A stretch of DNA of 32,000 bases, from contig JAUXWL010000153.1 of assembly GCA_030680155.1 (NCBI GenBank), positions 1 through 32,000 of the forward strand, given 5' to 3'. This document shows positions 1 to 5,934 of the stretch, one piece after another. Made by a program: the position numbers and the translations under genes. The notes under the pieces are model-generated. The model had not been told where the DNA came from. It searched no databases and was given only the letters and a program-made list of their open reading frames with translations. This DNA comes from Anaerolineales bacterium. GTDB lineage: Bacteria > Chloroflexota > Anaerolineae > Anaerolineales > Villigracilaceae. Positions within the stretch are counted from its first letter, which is position 1. Every line of letters starts with the position of its first letter.

Positions 1-55
1 GTTTTTCAGGTGGAAGATCGTTCAATTGATATTGAATTTGTTCAGCAAGAGTCAT
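1..55 (-). CDS. First 18 codons of a gene running off the left edge; possibly a small DUF2281-type antitoxin-like protein (tentative)
   Basis: ATG at 55-53 on the minus strand is preceded by GGAGG (complement of 63-67) with a 5-nt spacer. The translation MTLAEQIQYQLNDLPPEK resembles the N-termini of DUF2281-type antitoxins. It is too short for a firm call. Confidence 0.35.
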   Translation of the reverse strand, partial: MTLAEQIQYQLNDLPPEK

Positions 56-91
56 GGCAACCTCCAAAAACAATTATAACGCAACGACATA

Positions 92-229
92 TCACAACTC
101 TCCCTTAAACGCCCCTCCCGATGGTCGCAGCACGGACGGCAGCAACGTCCGCCCAAAGAACGGGCGCAACTCCTCACCCGTAGCGGACTGCGACTCCCGC
201 AACGCCACCAGCCGCGCGAATATCATCAT
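92..229 (-). pseudogene. Decayed remnant of an hsdS 3' end (copy A)
   Basis: Minus-strand translation ARLVALRESQSATGEELRPFFGRTLLPSVLRPSGGAFKGEL parallels the C-terminus of the intact HsdS (ARLTSLRELQSATGEELSALLPSVLDRAFKGEL). It carries two short insertions and has no TRD upstream. Confidence 0.6.
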
Positions 230-233
230 CCGA

Positions 234-326
234 GACCCTAAGGGTTTCCTTGACTGACTCGCAATCCCGCAGGCAAGACTCTCCTGCTTGACATGACGAA
301 GGTTATCGGGACAAACCCTTAAGGTC
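234..326. repeat. About 93-bp element bounded by 14-bp inverted repeats (GACCCTAAGGGTTT / AAACCCTTAAGGTC)
   Basis: The inverted termini are read directly at 234-247 and 313-326. The same terminal motif and the same spacing recur at 10408-10501. Confidence 0.4.
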
Positions 327-327
327 T

Positions 328-429
328 TCATAGTTCTCCCTTAAACGCCCTATGCAGCACGGACGGCAGCAACGCGGACAATTCCTCCCCCGTAACGGAC
401 TGTAACTCCCGCAGCGACGCCAGCCGCAT
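328..429 (-). pseudogene. Remnant of an hsdS 3' end (copy B), last 33 codons plus stop
   Basis: The nucleotide sequence aligns by eye with 2477-2578, matching at roughly nine positions in ten. It translates in frame to MRLASLRELQSVTGEELSALLPSVLHRAFKGEL*. Homology ends exactly at the stop codon and about 100 bp upstream of it. Confidence 0.7.
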
Positions 430-482
430 TATTCTGTTCATGTATATTATGGATGTCTTGGTGCGGAATGGATTATTCATTT

Positions 483-1016
483 TTATCTTGAAAACCAGGA
501 TTTGATACTTATTCCTGTAGACTCATTTACATCAAACAGACACAACACATTTTCTCCAGTTACCTTTAGAGTGCCTGGTTGTACACTTGGGTATAGTTGT
601 AAATATTCGTTTCCATGATAGTTTCCATAAGGGTCAATAACTGGAATTATCGCGATCTTATTTGCAGGTTTAGTTTTGTCAGCAACTCCAATTTCCCAAG
701 GAACCCATTTTGAATCCATAGCATTTCTGGTTGCCAGTACTAAAAAATAATCCATATCTTCTATTTTCTGCTTGATGCGACGCGCCGTTTCTCGGTTAGT
801 AACGCTCGGCATATCCGAGTCAAGCCAATCTACGTAAACTACTATTTGACTTGAATACGCCAAGTAATTAATGAATCCTTCGACTAACTCTTTGTCTTTA
901 TGGCTATGGGATAGAAATATAGAAACTTGGGCACTTGCCTTCGAAAAAGATTTGTATGCTCTAGATTCATTAAGAAACACTCCTCGATAATTTAGTAGTT
1001 CTCTTTCGGTTAGCAT
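483..1016 (-). CDS. TIR-like domain protein (ThsB-like / TIR_2-like), 177 aa
   Basis: Contains VSIFLSHSHKDKELV (the beta-A/BB-loop-type motif of bacterial TIRs). Also contains FLVLATRNAMDSKWVPWEIGVA (the S-x-W-x3-E motif with a candidate catalytic Glu). GGGAG lies 7 nt upstream of the ATG. The region is AT-rich compared with the rest of the window. Confidence 0.7.
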   Translation of the reverse strand: MLTERELLNYRGVFLNESRAYKSFSKASAQVSIFLSHSHKDKELVEGFINYLAYSSQIVVYVDWLDSDMPSVTNRETARRIKQKIEDMDYFLVLATRNAMDSKWVPWEIGVADKTKPANKIAIIPVIDPYGNYHGNEYLQLYPSVQPGTLKVTGENVLCLFDVNESTGISIKSWFSR

Positions 1017-1038
1017 TTATCAGCTCCCATTGCTAAGC

Positions 1039-1488
1039 TTAGAAATACAAGAACAGTATTAGAGCAATAATTGCTATTACCATTCCTCCATGAAACGGAA
1101 ACAAAGTTCTAGATAGCACCGCATTTATCCAAATATTTCTTCGCCCTCGGATTTTCACATCTCGCACTAAAGAAGTATCCATTGAGAAATCTATTTTCTT
1201 TTCTTCTAGCTTTCGGACATGCTCATAAAGGGATCTCAATAGTCTCTCCTGCCAAAGGTAATATCCATCTAAAAACCAGAAAATAATGGCGGGAAACAAT
1301 GTCCATATTGCGGTTACCTTATCTTTATCCTGGAGTGCAACTACAAAAAATGCAGACACAAGCGTAATACTCCACCCCTTAATGAGAAACGAATTGTTTC
1401 CCATTCGTTCGATAGTCGATAGGATCATTTCAAGATGTTTGAATTTCTTTTCCATACCAACCTCTGACTTGGTCAATTTAGACCACAC
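1039..1488 (-). CDS. Small predicted 3-TM membrane protein (possible pore-forming effector)
   Basis: Three hydrophobic segments: WSITLVSAFFVVAL, IWTLFPAIIFWFLDGYY and C-terminal GGMVIAIIALILFLYF. An amphipathic helix (LWQERLLRSLYEHVRKLEE) follows TM2. The more likely start is M12 at 1455, which has GAGG 5 nt upstream. I recognise no family with certainty. Confidence 0.6.
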   Translation of the reverse strand: MWSKLTKSEVGMEKKFKHLEMILSTIERMGNNSFLIKGWSITLVSAFFVVALQDKDKVTAIWTLFPAIIFWFLDGYYLWQERLLRSLYEHVRKLEEKKIDFSMDTSLVRDVKIRGRRNIWINAVLSRTLFPFHGGMVIAIIALILFLYF

Positions 1489-1519
1489 TTTGTATTATAC
1501 ATATCATTTAGTGAAGACC

Positions 1520-2467
1520 TTATCTGTGTTCAAGATGAGCTATGAACCGCTTCCACAAATGTTCGGCTGCTTGTTGTTGCGTAGCCATTCTCTCCTCATG
1601 CATCCCGAAGAAGCCGACATGTAAGCGCAACTCCTCTCCGTTATCTTCCACACCAATGCTTTCATTAATCGAGCTGGTGCCAAGCCTGTTTACTCCTTCA
1701 TTGTAACAAATCGAGTTTGGACCAAAGTTATCTCCCAACCAAATACTGCACTGAGCCTTGATGTCGCCTCGCACATAGATTTTGCTTATAAATTGCAGGC
1801 TAGTCATGTCTTCAATGTCTGTTTGTATGTCTGTGTTATCTCTTTCCAGTTGTTGCAGACCTTGCTTAAAATATTTCTTGATGTACTGGAACGACTCACG
1901 TGCAAACCGATCTTTCTCCAATTGCGTAAATGTCTTCTTTCGCTTCGGCATTGGAATAGAGCCAAAAGATGCATAAGCTGATTCCTGCGTGGCAGATTGA
2001 ACATCCTGAGAAAGAGTTGATTCGGTGGATTTCCCTTTTGCCTTTTCAAGTTTTCGTTCAAGAGTATTGACAATGTTTTCGATGTCATGTTGACGAAGAT
2101 CTCTAAAACCAATAGTTTCAGGAATACCTGGTATTACGGTATCATCCAATCTGATTGGAAGAATATATTCATTAGGATCACTAAACGCACGCGCTTGTAT
2201 ATGCAAGCGCTCGAAATTTGTCCACTTTTTTCGAAGATAATATTCCGAAATAAACATCAGGCAATAGCGGGCTTGCTTTTCGTATACATCTGCTAAATCG
2301 GTTGTCAAATCCTTGCCCCATAAATCGTGTGCTTGATCTTCATCATAGAAATATGTTATCTTTTTGGCGTCAAGTAATCTAACAAATTTCTGTACAATCG
2401 CCCTGTCTTCGCCAGCAAACGATACTACCACGTCATATACAAACTGATTATCATTGTTAGTGGTCAT
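1520..2467 (-). CDS. TIR-domain protein with an uncharacterised ~150-aa C-terminal domain, 315 aa
   Basis: N-terminus reads YDVVVSFAGEDRAIVQKFV ... CLMFISEYYLRKKWTNFERLH, the classical TIR pattern including S-x2-Y-x3-W-x3-E. The strong RBS GAGGAGG abuts the hsdS stop codon (TGAGGAGGAAGTATG). Confidence 0.8.
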   Translation of the reverse strand: MTTNNDNQFVYDVVVSFAGEDRAIVQKFVRLLDAKKITYFYDEDQAHDLWGKDLTTDLADVYEKQARYCLMFISEYYLRKKWTNFERLHIQARAFSDPNEYILPIRLDDTVIPGIPETIGFRDLRQHDIENIVNTLERKLEKAKGKSTESTLSQDVQSATQESAYASFGSIPMPKRKKTFTQLEKDRFARESFQYIKKYFKQGLQQLERDNTDIQTDIEDMTSLQFISKIYVRGDIKAQCSIWLGDNFGPNSICYNEGVNRLGTSSINESIGVEDNGEELRLHVGFFGMHEERMATQQQAAEHLWKRFIAHLEHR

Positions 2468-2476
2468 ACTTCCTCC

Positions 2477-3847
2477 TCATAGTTCACCTTTAAACGCCCT
2501 ATCCAGCACGGACGGTAACAGCGCGGACAACTCCTCTCCCGTAGCGGACTGTAACTCCCGCAGCGACGTCAGCCGCGCTTGGACGCTATCGAGATACGCC
2601 ACGATTCGCCGCTGTTCGTCGAGCGGGGGAACATTTATTTTCACTTTCCGAAAATGGCTAATATTCAAATGATGGCTGGTAGTTCCTTTTTTACCTGAAA
2701 GTAACTGGTCAACCAAAACAGGGGATGACATCAATTGATACATCAGAAAATTAGGGATAATTCTAGATGTGTCTGGGCGCAACATCATCACTCTCTGACC
2801 CAAACTTAATCTATGTGCTCCATCCAGAACAGCACATCGTCCAATATCACCTTCTCGCACAAATACAATATCATCTTTTCTTGGTTCACCACGCCGAATT
2901 CTTTCCAAGAATTCTTCTTCACTTGTTTTCAACATGGTTGAATAATTCATTGTTCCCCATCCAATGTCTTGAGACCGAACACAATGAAATTGGTTGCCGT
3001 CATATCTCGGCGTTGCGTGCAAGTTATCGATTATTGCCTCACAAGACTCTTCAACTGTTCTTTGTGTAGATTTGTCAGGTAAAAAAGTCTTTGATAATAA
3101 ACTTTTCCAAAAAGCATCAATTTCATCAATGCCATCGTTCCGCAGAGACTGCGCTTTTGCAATACGGGCAGCAAGGGCTTCGACTCGCTCCACAATGCGT
3201 GGTAAATCAGACAAATAATCAGGCAAAGTTGGATAATCATTTGTAAATGGTTGCCCATCTATAAGTCGATCTTCATACCATGAAAGAAATTTTGAGATTT
3301 GAATTTGTTCCTTCAAACTTGGGAAACAAAAATTTATGTTTGATAGCCTACTCTGATTCAGGATTGATAAAGTACTAGCAGTAGGAGCGGCAGCCTGAAG
3401 TTCATCTTGTCTCGCGAACAAGCCATAATAAGCAAACTCGGGGTCTATAATTTTATTGAATTTAATACCTGTTATTTGCTGGTTTGCAGAACTTGTTTTT
3501 GATAGTATTCCAACTCTACCGATATGACCAATGCAAGTTATTAAAATCGTCTCCGAGTCAAAAGTTCTTCCTTTCTTCTCACTAATAGCCTCGTTAGTTA
3601 TGCTCTTCTTTGCAGCCGAAAGCCAGCGATTACCGCCGATATCAGCGGGTGTAAACCAATCAATATCTCCATCATAATATCGGCGTTCCTGTGATGGTGG
3701 GGTAGTGCCCGTTGATATTCTTTCGGCAATATCACCAAGTTTTGCAATTTTCCAATTTGACTTATATGAAGTCGCCAATTTAACAGCAACCATCATCGAA
3801 TTGCTAGAAAGCCATCTGTGACGGTCAGGTGCCGAATTGAAATTCAT
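2477..3847 (-). CDS. hsdS: Type I restriction-modification specificity subunit HsdS
   Basis: Two variable target-recognition regions are separated by a central conserved helix (LPRIVERVEALAARIAKAQSLR). The C-terminal conserved helix is QRRIVAYLDSVQARLTSLRELQSATGEEL. There is a 4-bp ATGA overlap with hsdM. Confidence 0.9.
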   Translation of the reverse strand: MNFNSAPDRHRWLSSNSMMVAVKLATSYKSNWKIAKLGDIAERISTGTTPPSQERRYYDGDIDWFTPADIGGNRWLSAAKKSITNEAISEKKGRTFDSETILITCIGHIGRVGILSKTSSANQQITGIKFNKIIDPEFAYYGLFARQDELQAAAPTASTLSILNQSRLSNINFCFPSLKEQIQISKFLSWYEDRLIDGQPFTNDYPTLPDYLSDLPRIVERVEALAARIAKAQSLRNDGIDEIDAFWKSLLSKTFLPDKSTQRTVEESCEAIIDNLHATPRYDGNQFHCVRSQDIGWGTMNYSTMLKTSEEEFLERIRRGEPRKDDIVFVREGDIGRCAVLDGAHRLSLGQRVMMLRPDTSRIIPNFLMYQLMSSPVLVDQLLSGKKGTTSHHLNISHFRKVKINVPPLDEQRRIVAYLDSVQARLTSLRELQSATGEELSALLPSVLDRAFKGEL

Positions 3848-5412
3848 TTTTCCGCCAAAAATTGTTTTATCTCTTCCATAATCAATGAAATCTGCTTCTC
3901 TTTGTTAAGAATGCTCTCCGCCAGTTCATGCGGTGGCAGGTGTGCTAAATCCTCTTTGCCGTTTGGATTCTTGACATCGAGATTGACCGAGAGAAGATTT
4001 TTATTCTCATCATATTTCAAAACATCGCCAACACGCACTCTCCACGCATGTTCGCTTTCCACACGGGCGTCCCACCATTCGATCAACGGCGCAAACTCTT
4101 CGAACTGCATCGGGCGCGTCTTGGAGTAGGTCTTCTGCCCTTCGGGAAGAGTATGCTCATAGAACCAAATATCAGTTGTCGGTTGGGAGCGAGCGAAGAA
4201 AAGCAAATTGGTCTGAATCGAAGTATAAGGCGAGAAGACTCCGTTTGGCAGGCGGACAATCGTATGCAGGTCAAAATTCCGCAGCAGTTGTTCCTTGATC
4301 CGCGCCGAAACGCCGTCGCCGAATAAAAATCCGTTGGGCACCACCACGCCGCAGCGTCCGCCGTGTTTCAGCGAGCGCATCACGAACTGCATGAACAGCA
4401 GCGCGGTCTCGCTGGCGCGCAGCGACTCGGGGAAGTTCAACTGAATGCCCGCCTCCTCCTCGCCGCCGAAGGGCGGGTTGGTCACGATCACATCAAAGCG
4501 GTCTTTCTCCCCGATCTCGTTCAGCGGATTCTTCAACGCGTTATCGCGGCGGATGTTCGGATTCTCGACGCCGTGCAGCAGCAGGTTCATCGTCCCGAGC
4601 AAATACGGCAGCGGCTTCTTCTCCACGCCGTACAACGTCTCGCTCTGCAACTTGATCTGGTCTTTGGAATTCTTCGCCAGCGGTTTGAGATATTCATACG
4701 CCTCGACTAAAAATCCGCCCGTGCCGCACGCGGGATCAAGAACGGTCTCTCCCAGCCGCGGCTTGGTTCTGTCTACGATCAGTTTTACTACGGGACGGGG
4801 TGTGTAGAACTCCCCGCTATCGCCCGCCGCGTCGCGCATCTCCTTCAGCATCGACTCATACAAATGCGCCAGCGTAAAAATCTCATCCTTCGACTGAAAG
4901 TGGATTCCATCCACCAGGTTGACCACGTCCCGCAGCAGATACCCCGAGAGCATACGGCTGTACGTCTCCTTGAAAACCTCCGCCACCTTCAACCGTTCAT
5001 CCGACCCCGAAAGACCGCGCAGCCCAGGCAGCAAATCATTATTGACGAACTTGATCAAATCCTCACCTGTCGCCCCTTCATTCTCATTCGACGCCCAGTC
5101 CCGCCAGCGATACGGCGGCGGAATGATCGGCTTATACTTCTGCCGCGTCGCCTTCGCATCCTCCTCCCGACGAATTTCCAGATCGTCATAACACTTCAAA
5201 AACAAAATCCACGACAACTGCGGCAACCGATCCAAATCCCCATTCAACCCAGCATCCTTCCGCATAATATCCCGCGATGATTTGATAAGCGAAGAGAGCG
5301 ATGCTTTGGTATTGTGTCGCACTTTCTCCCCTAAATTCCTGCTCTTGGAATTTGGGGGAGATGTCCGAAGGACAGAGGGGGCTGGGTTTGAGTTCTTCTT
5401 GGTTTTAGGCAT
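3844..5412 (-). CDS. hsdM: Type I restriction-modification N6-adenine DNA methyltransferase HsdM
   Basis: Motif I is VLDPACGTGGFLV and motif IV is TNPPFGG. The N-terminal region is HsdM_N-like (DIMRKDAGLNGDLDRLPQLSWILFLK). Confidence 0.95.
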   Translation of the reverse strand: MPKTKKNSNPAPSVLRTSPPNSKSRNLGEKVRHNTKASLSSLIKSSRDIMRKDAGLNGDLDRLPQLSWILFLKCYDDLEIRREEDAKATRQKYKPIIPPPYRWRDWASNENEGATGEDLIKFVNNDLLPGLRGLSGSDERLKVAEVFKETYSRMLSGYLLRDVVNLVDGIHFQSKDEIFTLAHLYESMLKEMRDAAGDSGEFYTPRPVVKLIVDRTKPRLGETVLDPACGTGGFLVEAYEYLKPLAKNSKDQIKLQSETLYGVEKKPLPYLLGTMNLLLHGVENPNIRRDNALKNPLNEIGEKDRFDVIVTNPPFGGEEEAGIQLNFPESLRASETALLFMQFVMRSLKHGGRCGVVVPNGFLFGDGVSARIKEQLLRNFDLHTIVRLPNGVFSPYTSIQTNLLFFARSQPTTDIWFYEHTLPEGQKTYSKTRPMQFEEFAPLIEWWDARVESEHAWRVRVGDVLKYDENKNLLSVNLDVKNPNGKEDLAHLPPHELAESILNKEKQISLIMEEIKQFLAEK

Positions 5413-5440
5413 AATTGTTCCGGCAAAGCAAGATGTGTTG

Positions 5441-5923
5441 TTACGTAAATAAGATTACTGCGAAAATAATTGATAGTATTAGAAAAACAATGGATAACGT
5501 GATTAAGAATCCAGATAATAAAGTAGAACTTGATAATCTATCAATACCTTTTAGCGTCTTTTGTTTTTTTGAATGATACACATCTGTATCAGTTTTAAAG
5601 TCTTCCTGCTCAATTCTTATAAGAGCTTTTTCAAATTCCCTAACCCATATCATATTCCTTTTGTGGTGTGCATACATAATAAACAAAAAGATTGAAATGA
5701 CTAGAGCCGCAAAGAAATATAGAACGAGATTCTCCTTTATGTTCTGAATACTATCTAATTTCAAACCCAAAACACCAGTGACTAGCAAGAGCGATAGGGC
5801 TGGGATATTCCAAGACGCACTCGTATGCCATCGCAGCATTTCCCAATACTGTTTGTATCGTTCGAGAGAAATTTGTGTGTCAGGCGTCAGTATTTTCTTT
5901 TGTGGTACGCTTTTTTGAGGCAT
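5441..5923 (-). CDS. Small predicted 3-TM membrane protein inserted between hsdR and hsdM
   Basis: Hydrophobic segments are PALSLLLVTGVLGL, LVLYFFAALVISIFLFIMY and C-terminal LLSGFLITLSIVFLILSIIFAVILF. The helix/TM/TM/amphipathic helix/TM layout matches the ORF at 1039-1488. The gene is very AT-rich, with gaps of 11 and 28 nt to its neighbours. Confidence 0.6.
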   Translation of the reverse strand: MPQKSVPQKKILTPDTQISLERYKQYWEMLRWHTSASWNIPALSLLLVTGVLGLKLDSIQNIKENLVLYFFAALVISIFLFIMYAHHKRNMIWVREFEKALIRIEQEDFKTDTDVYHSKKQKTLKGIDRLSSSTLLSGFLITLSIVFLILSIIFAVILFT

Positions 5924-5934
5924 ATTATTTCATC

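Noticed and set aside
54-331. Track ORFs 54-257 (+) and 92-331 (-) as intact genes
   Set aside because: They are explained by hsdS 3'-end remnants plus an inverted-repeat element. There is no TRD or N-terminal HsdS region, so I annotated them as pseudogene fragments.
92-3847. Phase-variable hsdS shufflon (invertible half-hsdS genes)
   Set aside because: All three hsdS-end copies are in direct rather than inverted orientation. The remnants lack TRDs, and no recombinase gene is present in the window.
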